A stretch of DNA of 64,000 bases from contig CAWGLY010000005.1 in the NCBI GenBank assembly GCA_963823505.1, positions 1,438,174-1,502,173 of the forward strand. Reading direction: 5' to 3'. The notes beneath the pieces were generated by a model. It saw nothing but the letters and a program-made list of their open reading frames with translations, made no database searches and was not told the origin of the DNA. Both the position numbers and the translations under genes were made by a program. Source of the stretch: an uncultured Acidimicrobiia bacterium (GTDB lineage: Bacteria > Actinomycetota > Acidimicrobiia > Spongiisociales > UBA5794). The number at the start of each line of letters is the position of its first letter. Position 1 is the first letter of the stretch. Below, one piece after another: positions 1-10,446 of this stretch.

Positions 1-613
1 TGGCGATCGAGGTGTGGATCCGGCCCTGCGACTCGGTCTTCGGCACCCGCTGCACCCGGTGGGGCCCTGCCTCGAACTTGAACACCGAGTAGGCGCCCCT
101 CCCCTTCACCGCAAAAGTCGCTTCCTTGAGCCCTCCGCCGTCGGTGAGGGACGTGTCCATCGCCTCGGTGCTCCAGCCCCTGCGCTCAGCGAGCCGGGAG
201 TACATGCGGTAGAGATCCGCCGCCCACAGCGCGGCCTCGTCTCCACCAACCGCAGCGCGCAGCTCGACGATGACATCCTTCTCGTCGTTGGGATCCTTCG
301 GCACCAGCATGCGGCGCAACGCTCCGTCCAGCTCCTCGATCTCCCGCTGTTGCTCCTTGGCGACGGTATCGAAGTACTCCTTGGCCTCCGGATCCGCTTC
401 CAGCTCGGCAAGCTGCTGTGCTTCGGCGAGCTCGCTGGATGCGTCGTCGAACCGTTCGTACGCATCCACCACATGTTTGAGTTCGCTGTGGCGGATGGAG
501 ACCTCCCGAAAGCGGTTCTGATCGGCATGCACTTCGGGATCGCTGAGCTGAGCAACCGTGGATTCGTAGGCGGCCTTCAGCTCGTCGAGCTTGGCCCGCA
601 ACCCGGCCTCCAT
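1..613 (-). CDS. prfA: Peptide chain release factor 1 (partial, 3' end outside window)
   Basis: Manual translation from ATG at 613: [16 protein letters not shown]...[27 protein letters not shown]. PxT (PKT) RF1 motif. Start overlaps the upstream stop (TGATG). Confidence 0.95.
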   Translation of the reverse strand, partial: MEAGLRAKLDELKAAYESTVAQLSDPEVHADQNRFREVSIRHSELKHVVDAYERFDDASSELAEAQQLAELEADPEAKEYFDTVAKEQQREIEELDGALRRMLVPKDPNDEKDVIVELRAAVGGDEAALWAADLYRMYSRLAERRGWSTEAMDTSLTDGGGLKEATFAVKGRGAYSVFKFEAGPHRVQRVPKTESQGRIHTSIA

Positions 614-1551
614 CAGATCGAGTCCGGGTCGAACTCAACATGAAGCGCTCCGGCGGCCACTGGACCTCGCTGTTCAACCTCGGTGCGTTCGTCCTCCGTG
701 AGCGCCGCCAGCAGGCTGGCCACTGCCACCTCGATCTGATCAGGTGTCGGGTAGCGAGTGGTGATGCGCTGCAGCCAGATGCCCGGCTTGCTCGCCCACG
801 CCAGCCACGGTTTCCCTGCAGCAGCTTTCAGGATCTCGTACGAGACTCCGGCGATGATGGGGATCATCACGATCCGCGCCACCACCTGCCACACGAACGC
901 GAGGGGGGCAAGCGTCAGGAAGACAAAGAAGGCGACCATGGCCACGATGATGATGAACGAGGTCCCGCAGCGGGGATGCCGTGGGCTGTAGGCCGAAATC
1001 GCATCGAGAGTGAGCGGATCGTCGTTCTCGTAGGCGTGAATCGTCATGTGCTCGGCGCCGTGATACTCGAAGACCCGCTGGATCTCCTTGGCTCGTGAAA
1101 TCGCCCATATGTAGCCGACGATGAGCACGATCCGAATGAGACCGTCGATGACCACAAAGGCGAGGCTCGAGTCGTCGAAGAAGCGCTTGAGGAAGTTGGC
1201 AGCGAGCACAGGAGCACCGATGAACAGCACGAGGGCGAAGGTGATGGCGACGATCATCGTGCCGATGACCTGCCGCCTCGTCAGCTCCTCCTCGTCTTCT
1301 CCGGCCCGCTGTGCGGACCAGGAGAGCGCCCTGAAGCCGAGCGAGAGCGATTCGACAAGCACCATGACCCCACGCAGGAAGGGGATGCGCGCCGCCTTCG
1401 ACCGCGAGGCAAGCCGCGGCAGCTCTTGGGTCAAAGCTTCGATGACGCCATCGGGTCGTCTGACCGCCACCGCCCAGCGGTTGGGCGCCCGCATCATGAC
1501 GCCCTCGAGCACGGCCTGACCGCCGACGGAGGCGTTGGGGGCGCGGCTCAC
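613..1551 (-). CDS. DUF1385 family membrane protein (putative metal-dependent enzyme)
   Basis: [20 protein letters not shown] and HPRCGTSF motifs; typical position between rpmE and prfA. Confidence 0.9.
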   Translation of the reverse strand: MSRAPNASVGGQAVLEGVMMRAPNRWAVAVRRPDGVIEALTQELPRLASRSKAARIPFLRGVMVLVESLSLGFRALSWSAQRAGEDEEELTRRQVIGTMIVAITFALVLFIGAPVLAANFLKRFFDDSSLAFVVIDGLIRIVLIVGYIWAISRAKEIQRVFEYHGAEHMTIHAYENDDPLTLDAISAYSPRHPRCGTSFIIIVAMVAFFVFLTLAPLAFVWQVVARIVMIPIIAGVSYEILKAAAGKPWLAWASKPGIWLQRITTRYPTPDQIEVAVASLLAALTEDERTEVEQRGPVAAGALHVEFDPDSI

Positions 1552-1646
1552 GATGCTCTCCGCGCAGGTATCGCCGTCACGGCAGAACGCAACACAACGC
1601 CCCTCAGAGGACGATCGCCGAAGTCACCAACCCGAACCCGCGGGTG

Positions 1647-1674
1647 CTGGATACGGGATCCGGGATCCGGGATG
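1647..1674. repeat. Heptamer tandem repeat (CGGGATC-like x4)
   Basis: ctggata cgggatc cgggatc cgggatg just downstream of the L31 gene. Confidence 0.75.
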
Positions 1675-1684
1675 CAGCTGAGGC

Positions 1685-1978
1685 TCACGCCCCGCCGGAA
1701 GGTGCTTCCGAACCCTTCTTCGCCGTGTCCACGCCGACCTTGGCGTAGCGGCGGCGGAACCGCTCGACGCGGCCACCAGAGTCCACGAGGATCTGCTTGC
1801 CGGTGTAGAACGGGTGGCTCTGGCTCGAGATCTCCACCTTGGCGAGTGGGTACGTCTCGCCGTCTTCCCACTCCGTGGTTTCGGAGGTGTTGATCGTCGA
1901 CCGCGTCAGGAACCGCAGATCCGAAGACGTGTCCTGGAACACGACGAGTCGGTACTCGGGATGCAGATCTGATTTCAC
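1685..1978 (-). CDS. rpmE2: 50S ribosomal protein L31 type B (zinc-free)
   Basis: [16 protein letters not shown]...WEDGETYPL...[22 protein letters not shown]; no Cys. Confidence 0.95.
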   Translation of the reverse strand: MKSDLHPEYRLVVFQDTSSDLRFLTRSTINTSETTEWEDGETYPLAKVEISSQSHPFYTGKQILVDSGGRVERFRRRYAKVGVDTAKKGSEAPSGGA

Positions 1979-2118
1979 GGTGATGCTCCTGCTGTCTTCT
2001 GAGAGGATTTTTGTGCGGTTGAGAAACTGTAGTCGGGTTCTCGAACACCGCCGATCGGCGTCGATTCCGGCTCGTGGGCGGGTTTCCGAGCCCTCACGAC
2101 GGTCTCACCAGCGGCTTC

Positions 2119-3648
2119 CTAGTTGCCGCTCTTGGCGATGCTGGCGAGGAACTCTGCATTCGACTTGGTGCTCTTCAACCTGTCGATGAGCAGCTCGAGA
2201 GCGGCTCCCGACTCGAGCGCAAGCAACACGCGCCGCAGCTTCCAGACCTCGACGAGCTCGTCCTTGTGGAACAGCAGCTCCTCACGGCGAGTGCCTGACG
2301 ACTCGATGTCGATCGCCGGGTAGATGCGCTTGTCGGCGAGCTTGCGGTCCAACCGTAGCTCCATGTTCCCTGTGCCCTTGAACTCCTCGAAGATGACCTC
2401 ATCCATCCGGGATCCGGTCTCCACGAGCGCCGTGCCGAGAATCGTGAGGCTGCCACCTTCTTCGATGTTGCGGGCAGCGCCAAAAAAACGCTTCGGGGGA
2501 TACAGCGCCGTCGAGTCGACACCACCCGAGAGGATGCGTCCACTGGCCGGCGTCGCCAAGTTGTGGGCGCGCGCCAGACGAGTGATCGAATCGAGGAGGA
2601 TGACAACGTCGGTACCGACCTCGACCAGTCGCTTCGCCCGCTCGATGGCGAGTTCGGAGACCTGCGTGTGCTCGTCGGCGGGCCGGTCGAAGGTCGAGTA
2701 GATGACCTCACCCTTCACCGACCGCTGCATGTCGGTGACTTCCTCGGGCCGCTCGTCCACCAGGACCACCATGAGGTGGCACTCGGGGTTGTTGGCGGTG
2801 ATCGAGTTGGCGATTTCCTTGAGCACCGTGGTCTTCCCCGCCTTGGGCGGCGACACGATGAGGCCACGCTGGCCCTTGCCGATCGGAGCGATGATGTCCA
2901 CGATCCGGGGCAGGATGTGATTGGACTGACCATCCACTTCGAGGTGGAGCCGCTCGTCCGGGAACAGGGGGGTCAGGTCGGCAAACCTGGGACGGGATTT
3001 CGCCTCGTCGGGGTCGATCCCGTTGACGGTGACGATGCGGACGAGAGCAGGGAACTTCTCCTGCGCCCTGGCCGGGCGCACGGGACCGGTGCAGATGTCT
3101 CCCTTGCGGAGGCGGTTCTTGCGGACGTGGTTTGCGGAGACGTAGACGTCCTTGTCGCCCGGGAGGTAACCGGAGCAGCGCAGGAAACCGTAGCCCTCGG
3201 GGAGGATGTCGAGGATGCCCTCACGGACTTCGAGCTCCGACTCGTCGATGGGCTCTTGCTGATTGCCGCGCCCGTGGCCACGCCTGCGGCGCCGGCCCTG
3301 GCTGTCACGATCTCCGCCCTGCTGGCGGTCGCCCTGCTGGCGGTGCCGCTGCTGGCCACCGCCACCGCCTCCCTGGCGGGATTCGGAACGTCCTTCGCCG
3401 GATCCCGACTCGGCGCCATCGCTCGAGCCGGCATCTGCCGTCTTCGTCGAGCCGGCCTCAGCCACCGCTTCACCGTTGGTGGTCTCGTCGTCGGTCTCAG
3501 GCACCATGGACGCGTCGAACTTCTCAGAATTGAGAATGGCCGCGATGAGCTTCGATTTCTGAAGACCCGCGTGGTCCACATCGACTTGGCTGGCCATGGC
3601 ACGCAAGTCGGCGAGCCCCAACTCTTGAAGCTTGGCCCGTGTCGTCAT
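2119..3648 (-). CDS. rho: Transcription termination factor Rho
   Basis: [47 protein letters not shown]. Start set at MTTRAK (SD-like GAAAGGGG). Q/R/G-rich N-terminal insertion. Confidence 0.97.
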   Translation of the reverse strand: MTTRAKLQELGLADLRAMASQVDVDHAGLQKSKLIAAILNSEKFDASMVPETDDETTNGEAVAEAGSTKTADAGSSDGAESGSGEGRSESRQGGGGGGQQRHRQQGDRQQGGDRDSQGRRRRRGHGRGNQQEPIDESELEVREGILDILPEGYGFLRCSGYLPGDKDVYVSANHVRKNRLRKGDICTGPVRPARAQEKFPALVRIVTVNGIDPDEAKSRPRFADLTPLFPDERLHLEVDGQSNHILPRIVDIIAPIGKGQRGLIVSPPKAGKTTVLKEIANSITANNPECHLMVVLVDERPEEVTDMQRSVKGEVIYSTFDRPADEHTQVSELAIERAKRLVEVGTDVVILLDSITRLARAHNLATPASGRILSGGVDSTALYPPKRFFGAARNIEEGGSLTILGTALVETGSRMDEVIFEEFKGTGNMELRLDRKLADKRIYPAIDIESSGTRREELLFHKDELVEVWKLRRVLLALESGAALELLIDRLKSTKSNAEFLASIAKSGN

Positions 3649-3891
3649 GTCGATGACGCCCCTTTCGGAACTTGGAGTTCGGCGCCGAGCGGTCGGGCCG
3701 ATACTGAGAGCCGTTCCCGACACCGCAGCCGGAACAGCCGATTCGGTGAAGGTCCCGTCGCTACCTGGACGAACGAACGTCCGGAGCTGGAGTGGGAACG
3801 ATGCACAGATTGTACCCGCCGATTCGGCAGACGCAAGAACTACGTGGTTGAGCACGGCTGGGGACACTCGAGGTTGTCCCCACCTGGGGAC

Positions 3892-3919
3892 GTACTTCGT
3901 ACTTGGTACTTGGTACTAA
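3892..3919. repeat. Heptamer tandem repeat (GTACTTG-like x4)
   Basis: gtacttc gtacttg gtacttg gtactaa in the hom-rho intergenic region. Confidence 0.8.
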
Positions 3920-3979
3920 TGGTCCTCAATCGGAGTGAGGATGCCGCCGCCCGAGCCGTACTCGACACTGAAGGAGGCT

Positions 3980-4010
<31 letters not shown>

Positions 4011-4015
4011 CGAAG

Positions 4016-5311
4016 CTAAGCCTCGGCGCTCTCTACGCGGAGCGTGGCTGCCACGGACCGGACGACATCGAGGCCGCGGATGGAGTCGACCGCTCGACGC
4101 TGCTGCTTCTCCGGAGCGCGGTGAGTGATGATGAGCAGCGTGGCGCCGTCCCCTTCGCCCTCCTGCCACATCGACTTGATCGACACCTCGGCCTCGCCGA
4201 ATGCCGTCGAGATCTGGGCCAGAACGCCAGGGCGATCCTCCACGTCGATGCGCACGTACCACTTGGTTGGGATGTCGCCGAAGTCTGCGATGTCGCCTGG
4301 AGCGAACCGGATGCGCGGGGCGACCTGGGCGCCGGCCAGGATCTCGCGTGCGGCGTCGATGACATCTCCCAGCACGGCGGTGGCGGTGGGCTCGCCGCCT
4401 GCTCCGGGTCCGGCGAAAAGGAGCTCATCGATCGACGGGCCGGTGATGAAGATCGCATTGGTGGCGCCGCGGATCGAGGCGAGGGGGTGGTCGGACGGGA
4501 TCATGGCCGGATAGACCCGTGCGCTGATTCCTGCGTCGGTGCGCGATGCGATCGCAAGCAACTTGACCTCGTAGCCGAGAAAGCGTGCGTATTCCATGTC
4601 GAGTCGGGCAAGTGCGTCGATACCTTCGTAGTGCACCTGGTCGATGCCGACCCAGGCACCGAAAGCAAGCGACGCAAGGATGGCGGCCTTTGCGGCAGCA
4701 TCGGCGCCGCCCACATCGGCCGTGGGATCCGGCTCGGCATACCCGAGCGCCTGCGCTTCGCCGAGGGCGTCGGCATACTCGTCGCCGTCGGCCATTCGGG
4801 TCAGGATGTAGTTGGTGGTCCCGTTGACGATGCCGGCAACCCGTTCGATCTGCTCGCCTGCCAGCGTTTCGGCAAGGGGTCGGATGATCGGAATGCCGCC
4901 ACCGACGGCAGCCTCGAACAGCAACGGCACGCCGCTCCGCTCCGCAGCGGCGATGAGTTCCGGTCCCCGGCTGGCGATGAGCTCCTTGTTGGCGGTGACG
5001 ACAGGTTTCCCCGCCTCGAGCGCGGCGAGCACCAGGTCCCCCGCAGGGTCCCGGCCCCCCATAACCTCGACGACCAGATCGACGGCGCTGTCTTGCACGA
5101 CATCGAGCGGCTGATCGGTGACTCTTTCTGCCGCCAGGTCGAACAGCCGCGCTTTGGCCAAGTCACGGACGGCGACCCGCTCGATGCGGAGGTCCAGGCC
5201 GGTCTTGGCACGGATGGCGGCGTGATCCTCGACGAGCCTGCGAATGAGCGTGCCACCGACGGTGCCCGCGCCGAGCACACCGATGCCGACGGTGGTGTTG
5301 CGGTGCTTCAT
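4016..5311 (-). CDS. hom: Homoserine dehydrogenase with C-terminal ACT domain
   Basis: GAGTVG, VVTANK, FEAAVGGGIP, NGTTNYILT, GYAEPDPTADVGG; ACT motif DRPGVLAQI. Confidence 0.95.
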   Translation of the reverse strand: MKHRNTTVGIGVLGAGTVGGTLIRRLVEDHAAIRAKTGLDLRIERVAVRDLAKARLFDLAAERVTDQPLDVVQDSAVDLVVEVMGGRDPAGDLVLAALEAGKPVVTANKELIASRGPELIAAAERSGVPLLFEAAVGGGIPIIRPLAETLAGEQIERVAGIVNGTTNYILTRMADGDEYADALGEAQALGYAEPDPTADVGGADAAAKAAILASLAFGAWVGIDQVHYEGIDALARLDMEYARFLGYEVKLLAIASRTDAGISARVYPAMIPSDHPLASIRGATNAIFITGPSIDELLFAGPGAGGEPTATAVLGDVIDAAREILAGAQVAPRIRFAPGDIADFGDIPTKWYVRIDVEDRPGVLAQISTAFGEAEVSIKSMWQEGEGDGATLLIITHRAPEKQQRRAVDSIRGLDVVRSVAATLRVESAEA

Positions 5312-5388
5312 AGAAGGGCGATGGTAGAAGACCGGGCCGCGAGATGATCGCGTCGATGCGGTGGAGCGGGACCCGGTATCGTGCCTGG

Positions 5389-5865
5389 GTGAGTGCAGCG
5401 GCATCGATCCACCAGATCAACATCTCCGATGGGGGTGTACCCAAGCAGCCCGTTTCGAGCGCCCAGGTTGCCGTCGGCGGTGTCGTCGGAGACGATCAGG
5501 CCGATAAGCGCCATCACGGCGGGCCGGATCAGGACCTGTGCCTGTTCTCCCTGGAGGTCATCGAGGCCCTACGCGCCGAGGGCCACCCGATCGAACCCGG
5601 TTTCGCAGGCGAGAACATCACGATCGCGGGTCTCGATTGGGGGGAGATGAAGCGCGGCGTCATCCTGCAGTTCGGTTCCGACGTCGTCGCCGAAGTGACG
5701 TGGCCTGCCGTTCCCTGCTCGAAGAACGCGCCGTGGTTCAAAGACCGCGACTTCCGACGAATGAGTGAGGAGGATCACCCCGGCTGGAGCCGTTGGTACG
5801 CCAGGGTGCTGGAACCCGGCGGTATCACGGTCGGTGATCAGGTCAGCGCCGCACGCAGACCGTAA
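5389..5865 (+). CDS. MOSC domain protein
   Basis: INISDGGVPK, HHGGPDQDLCL, PGFAGENITI, PC motif, YARVLEPGGITVGD. GTG start chosen; an alternative start is 5344. Confidence 0.85.
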   Translation: MSAAASIHQINISDGGVPKQPVSSAQVAVGGVVGDDQADKRHHGGPDQDLCLFSLEVIEALRAEGHPIEPGFAGENITIAGLDWGEMKRGVILQFGSDVVAEVTWPAVPCSKNAPWFKDRDFRRMSEEDHPGWSRWYARVLEPGGITVGDQVSAARRP

Positions 5866-5938
5866 GAACGCCAATCGCCGCTATCGTTGTCCGTACAAAT
5901 ATGGGGGACTTTGCGAGAGGCGGCGGGGCAGTGCCGAC

Positions 5939-6280
5939 ATGAAATGGTTTGGCCGAAGCAGCGCGTCGGTCGGCGACGCCCATGCTGCGATCAAAGATGG
6001 TGCACTGCTCGTCGACGTGCGCACGAGCCGGGAACGCACCCTCGACGGTGCGCCGCAGGGTGCGGCCCACGTTCCGCTGGAACGGCTCAACGAACAACTT
6101 GCCATGCTCGAGAGCCGCAGCGTGTACGTGATCTGCCGATCCGGCAATCGATCGTCCCGTGCCGCGGCGCAGCTGCGCCGCAACGGCATCGACGCCCGCA
6201 ATGTCAAAGGCGGGATGCTCGCCTGGAAACGTGAGGGTTTGCCACTCGAATCTCCCACCAAGCGACCGGGGAAGACATGA
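5939..6280 (+). CDS. Rhodanese-like domain protein
   Basis: LVDVRT, active-site loop ICRSGNRS, NVKGGMLAW. Confidence 0.88.
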   Translation: MKWFGRSSASVGDAHAAIKDGALLVDVRTSRERTLDGAPQGAAHVPLERLNEQLAMLESRSVYVICRSGNRSSRAAAQLRRNGIDARNVKGGMLAWKREGLPLESPTKRPGKT

Positions 6281-6672
6281 TGAAGCGACTTTTCACAGCG
6301 ACCTTGCTGGCACTTGCGCTCCTGGCCGGCGCATGCGGCGGCGATACGGCGACCATCGAGCTCATCGACGCTCCCGAGGCCCAGGAGCTCCTGGCGGCGC
6401 CACCGGATGACCTGGTGGTCCTGGATGTAAGGACGCCGGAGGAGCACGCGGAAGCCCACATCGCCGGCTCGACGAACATCGACTTCTATGCGGCGGACTT
6501 TGCCGCGCAGCTGGATCAGCTCGACAAGGACACGCCGTACTTCGTGTACTGCCGGTCGGGGAATCGCTCGGCAGAGACCATCACCACCATGCGGGAGCTC
6601 GGGTTCACCGAGGTGTACGAATTGGAGGGCGGCATCGTGTCTTGGGCAGGCGCGGGCCTCCCCGTCGAGTAG
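6277..6672 (+). CDS. Rhodanese-like domain lipoprotein
   Basis: Lipobox LAGAC; LDVRTPEE, YCRSGNRS, LEGGIVSW; ATGA overlap with the upstream gene. Confidence 0.88.
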   Translation: MMKRLFTATLLALALLAGACGGDTATIELIDAPEAQELLAAPPDDLVVLDVRTPEEHAEAHIAGSTNIDFYAADFAAQLDQLDKDTPYFVYCRSGNRSAETITTMRELGFTEVYELEGGIVSWAGAGLPVE

Positions 6673-6675
6673 CCG

Positions 6676-7947
6676 TCAGCCCACGTCCCGGCCGACCAGG
6701 TCGTCGAACGTCTCGCGCCGCACCACCTCACGAACGTTGCCGTCGGCGACGAATACGACCGGTGGGCGCGGCACCATGTTGTAGTTCGAGCCCATGGAGT
6801 GGCCATACGCACCGGTCACCGGCGTTGCCAGGAGATCACCGACGACGATGTCGCCGGGAACCCGTCCATCGGCGACGATGACATCGCCGGATTCGCAGTG
6901 CTTGCCGACGATACGAACCGGTTTGGTGCGTTCGGCGGCGACGGCTCTCGGCAGGAACGCCTCGTACCCGCTGCCATACAACACGGGCCGCGGGTTGTCG
7001 CTCATCCCACCGTCGACCGCAACGTAGGTGCGGACGTCCTCGATCTCCTTGATGGTGCCCACGGTGTAGAGCGTCACGGCTGCCCGTGCCACGATCGCCC
7101 TCCCCGGCTCTGCCGTGACCCGTGCCGTGATATTCGCAACACGGCACGCGGCGTGAACGGTTGCCGCCCACTCGGCGATCGACGGCGCCGACTCCCCCTC
7201 GACGTAGGCGACGCCGAGCCCGCCCCCGATCGACAGCTCGGCAACGTGGTGGGCGTTGACAAAAGGGGCGAGCACCTCAACTGCACGCCTGAACGACTCT
7301 GCGGTGAAAACCTGGCTCCCGATGTGGGCATGGATGCCCGCAAGCCGCATCGACGGGGACGCCGCGACCCGCTGCAAAGCGGCGTGGGCCGCTCCCGAGT
7401 CGACCCCGAGGCCGAATTTCGAGTCGGTGATCCCGGTCTGAAGGTACTCGTGGGTGTGCGCCTCGACGCCGGGGTTGACCCGCACCAGGACGCGTGGGGC
7501 GTTCTCCGGATGCGAGACCAGCGCTGCGATGCGATCGATCTCGTCGGTGGAATCCACCACGATTCTCCCCACGCGGGCGGCGAGGGCTGCCGACAGCTCC
7601 GCCTCGGACTTGTTGTTGCCGTGGAACACGAGCCGATCGGCGGGCACACCCGCGCGGAGGGCGACGTGAAGCTCGCCACCCGTCGCCACGTCGAGTTGCA
7701 TGCCCTCCTCGTGGGCAAGCCGGGCCATCGCGCCGCACAAGAAGGCTTTGGTGGCGTAGGCCACGCCGTCACCGAACGCCGTCACGGCGTCTCGGCAGCG
7801 GTTGCGAAGGTGAGCCTCGTCGTAGACAAACACCGGAGTGCCGTATTCGGCGGCAAGATCGGTCATCGCCACCCCACCGATGAGCAGCCCACCCGAGCGA
7901 TCCACGGCTGCACTGTCGGGCAGCAGCGGCCAGGGCAGCCGGCTCAC
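6676..7947 (-). CDS. lysA: Diaminopimelate decarboxylase
   Basis: YATKAF (PLP Lys), HGNNKS, HAHIGSQ, EPGRA, GKHCESGD, TGAYG; GTG start overlaps the argS stop. Confidence 0.95.
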   Translation of the reverse strand: MSRLPWPLLPDSAAVDRSGGLLIGGVAMTDLAAEYGTPVFVYDEAHLRNRCRDAVTAFGDGVAYATKAFLCGAMARLAHEEGMQLDVATGGELHVALRAGVPADRLVFHGNNKSEAELSAALAARVGRIVVDSTDEIDRIAALVSHPENAPRVLVRVNPGVEAHTHEYLQTGITDSKFGLGVDSGAAHAALQRVAASPSMRLAGIHAHIGSQVFTAESFRRAVEVLAPFVNAHHVAELSIGGGLGVAYVEGESAPSIAEWAATVHAACRVANITARVTAEPGRAIVARAAVTLYTVGTIKEIEDVRTYVAVDGGMSDNPRPVLYGSGYEAFLPRAVAAERTKPVRIVGKHCESGDVIVADGRVPGDIVVGDLLATPVTGAYGHSMGSNYNMVPRPPVVFVADGNVREVVRRETFDDLVGRDVG

Positions 7948-9713
7948 ATGCGATCCGGGATGGCAATCGCCAGCAGGTCCATCATCGCCTCCAACACCTC
8001 GAGCGTCAGCGCCACCAACCCGAGCCACGAGGCCTGCCGTGCCGAGTCTTGCTCGCTGAGGATGTGGCACGCCTCGTAGAACCGGTTGAACTCGGTGGCG
8101 ATGTCGTAGCCGTATTCGGCGACGTGATTCGGTGCCCGGAACTCGATGGCGCGATCGATGACGTCGGGCAGCCGCAAGAGCTGCAACATCAGGGCCCGTT
8201 CCTCGGCGGTCGCCGGTGCGATGATCTCCCCCGGCGCCAATCCCGCCTCCTCGGCGTTGCGCAGGATCGAGCCGATGCGGACTGCGCTGTACAGCAGGTA
8301 AGGCCCCGTCTTGCCGTTGAACGAGACGAACCGATCCAGATCGAACATGTAGTCGGAGGTGCGGTGGTTCTGCAGATCGCCGTACTTGAGGGCGGCGACG
8401 CCAACCTTCTCCGCGATATCTCGGCGTTCTTCGTCGGGGTACTCGGTCGCCAGCGCGCTCTCTTCGAGCCGTACCGATGCCCGCGCCTCGGCATCTTCGA
8501 TGAGACCCTTGAGCGGCGGGAGGTCTCCTTCTCGAGTCTTCATCGGTTTTCCGTCCGGGCCGTTGACCGTTCCGAACGGATCATGTTCCACCACGACGCC
8601 GTAGGGAACGATGCCGGCGGCCCTGGCCGCCCGAAACACCTGCTCGAAGTGGAGTGCCTGCCTCGCATCCACGACGTACAAGACGAGTTCGGCGCCCAAG
8701 TCGTCGATGCGTTCCTCCAGGGTGCCAAGGTCCGTCGTGGAATACATGTAGGAGCCATCGTCGCGGGTGAGCAGCAGCGGCGGGATCTCGGCCTTGTCGT
8801 CCGGCTGCGCCACATCCACTACCAAGGCTCCGTCGCTGGTGCGCACCACTCCCGCAGCGCGCATGCGGTCGATCATCGCTGGAATGCGCTGGTGCACCCT
8901 GGCTTCGCCGTACCAGAGGTCGAAGTGGACTCCCAGGGCTTCATAGGTGCGCCGCATGTCGGCGATCGAGATCTCACGGATACGATCGAGGAGGGCGAGA
9001 TGGCCCGGATCCCCATCCTGGAGCGCGACATTTGCCGCCCTCGCCATCGCGGCAAACTCAGGATCCTCCTTGGCGCGCTGGGATGCCAACGGATAGATCC
9101 TCTCCAAGTCGGCTTCGGTGAAGGGGATCTCGTCCGGGTACGGAACCGACGGCTGCGGTTCGAAGAACGGCAAGTCCGGGTGCTCTTCACGAATCGCGGC
9201 AATGATCTGTCCTGGCGGCGCACCCCAGTCACCGAGATGGATGTCGCCGACGGTGTCGTGGCCGGCAAAGGCGAAGAGCCGCTTGATCGACTCCCCGATG
9301 ATGGCTGGCCGCAGATGACCGACGTGCAGCGCTTTGGCGATGTTGGGTCCCCCGTAGTCCACCAGCACCTTCAGCCGGTTCTCAGGGAGTTCGACCCCGA
9401 GACGTTCGTGGCGTCGCATCGCATCGGCCGATGCTGCGAGGTAGTCGTCGGCGAGGCGGATGTTGATGAAGCCCGGTCCGGCCACCGACAGCTCACCGAC
9501 AACAGAAGGGGCATCAACCGCAGCGACCACGACCTCCGCAAGCTCGCGCGGGTTGCGACCGGCGGGCTTTGCGGCCGCCAGAGCGCCGTTGCACTGGAAT
9601 TGCGCGAGCTCCTGGCGCTGCGATACCGTCACCGATCCGAAGGTCCGGGCTAGCCCGAGGCGCTCGAATGCGTCGCCAAAGATGTCGCTGAGTTGGTTGG
9701 TCAGGGAAGGCAT
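7944..9713 (-). CDS. argS: Arginine--tRNA ligase
   Basis: PNIAKALHVGHLR (HIGH), HLGDWG, MKTREG, GPYLLYSAVRI; canonical argS-lysA pair. Confidence 0.95.
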   Translation of the reverse strand: MPSLTNQLSDIFGDAFERLGLARTFGSVTVSQRQELAQFQCNGALAAAKPAGRNPRELAEVVVAAVDAPSVVGELSVAGPGFINIRLADDYLAASADAMRRHERLGVELPENRLKVLVDYGGPNIAKALHVGHLRPAIIGESIKRLFAFAGHDTVGDIHLGDWGAPPGQIIAAIREEHPDLPFFEPQPSVPYPDEIPFTEADLERIYPLASQRAKEDPEFAAMARAANVALQDGDPGHLALLDRIREISIADMRRTYEALGVHFDLWYGEARVHQRIPAMIDRMRAAGVVRTSDGALVVDVAQPDDKAEIPPLLLTRDDGSYMYSTTDLGTLEERIDDLGAELVLYVVDARQALHFEQVFRAARAAGIVPYGVVVEHDPFGTVNGPDGKPMKTREGDLPPLKGLIEDAEARASVRLEESALATEYPDEERRDIAEKVGVAALKYGDLQNHRTSDYMFDLDRFVSFNGKTGPYLLYSAVRIGSILRNAEEAGLAPGEIIAPATAEERALMLQLLRLPDVIDRAIEFRAPNHVAEYGYDIATEFNRFYEACHILSEQDSARQASWLGLVALTLEVLEAMMDLLAIAIPDRM

Positions 9714-9874
9714 GGGGCCGATCTGCCGTCGGGGAAAGCGAGAGGATACAGGTCGGGACTCACGTCTCGATGCGGAGGCCCTTTCCGTGCTCGCTGCGTG
9801 ACATCCGACGTGGTGACGCCGGTGATCTCGGCCCGAGGCGGGGCGTCGGAGTTCAAGTACACTCCTGCTCCCCT

Positions 9875-9946
9875 GCCCCAGTAGCTCAGGGGATAGAGCA
9901 CCGGCCTCCGGAGCCGGGTGCGCAGGTTCGAATCCTGCCTGGGGCG
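9875..9946 (+). tRNA. tRNA-Arg(CCG)
   Basis: GCCCCAG/CTGGGGC acceptor stem, D arm TAGCTCAGGGGATAGAGC, anticodon arm CCGGC-CTCCGGA-GCCGG, T loop GGTTCGAATCC. CCA not encoded. Divergent from argS. Confidence 0.96.
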
Positions 9947-10093
9947 CAAAATGAGCCGCTTTCGAGCCCTGCTCGGGCTCGACGCTTCCCACTTCACTCT
10001 CCACGTTGATAACCGGGCCTCCCTCTACCTCCCGGCTCGCCTCAACCCACCCGCGCACGGGCCACCACGATCGACGCACCAAACACGCGGAGA

Positions 10094-10118
10094 AGGTTCG
10101 AATCCTGCCTGGGGCGCA
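10094..10118 (+). repeat. 25-bp exact copy of tRNA-Arg 3' end (att-like)
   Basis: AGGTTCGAATCCTGCCTGGGGCGCA is identical to 9924-9948; a further CTGCCTGGGGC follows at 10119-10129. Confidence 0.9.
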
Positions 10119-10446
10119 CTGCCTGGGGCACGCGTGAGGTCGACGTACGAGCCCAGACTCGGGCTATACGTTTCCCACGTCCGCCCCGACCCTGGTGCGC
10201 CTCTCCCCTGCCTGCTGGCTCGCCTCGCGGAGAAGGTCGCTCGCAGACCGGGGTCCCGTCGACGGACCCATGACGGCAGGGCCCATGCCAGGGTCGCCAC
10301 GAGCACGATGAAGCCGGACGACTTCGCCATGCTCTGGCCCGAGGGCCGCCTCTCGCTGGAGGGAACTTGCGAACGACAGGTGCCAATGCCTCTGGTTGAC
10401 GGCGTGCGGGCGGCGCGACGCTTGTGGCCTTCGAGGAAGCGGCTGA

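Noticed and set aside
1979-2118. Zur box upstream of rpmE2
   Set aside because: The TTGAGAA..TTCTC half-sites are spaced too widely and match the actinobacterial Zur palindrome poorly.
9714-10082. N-terminal extension of argS in the ORF track
   Set aside because: It runs through the tRNA gene on the opposite strand; ArgS-like sequence starts at MPSLTNQL.
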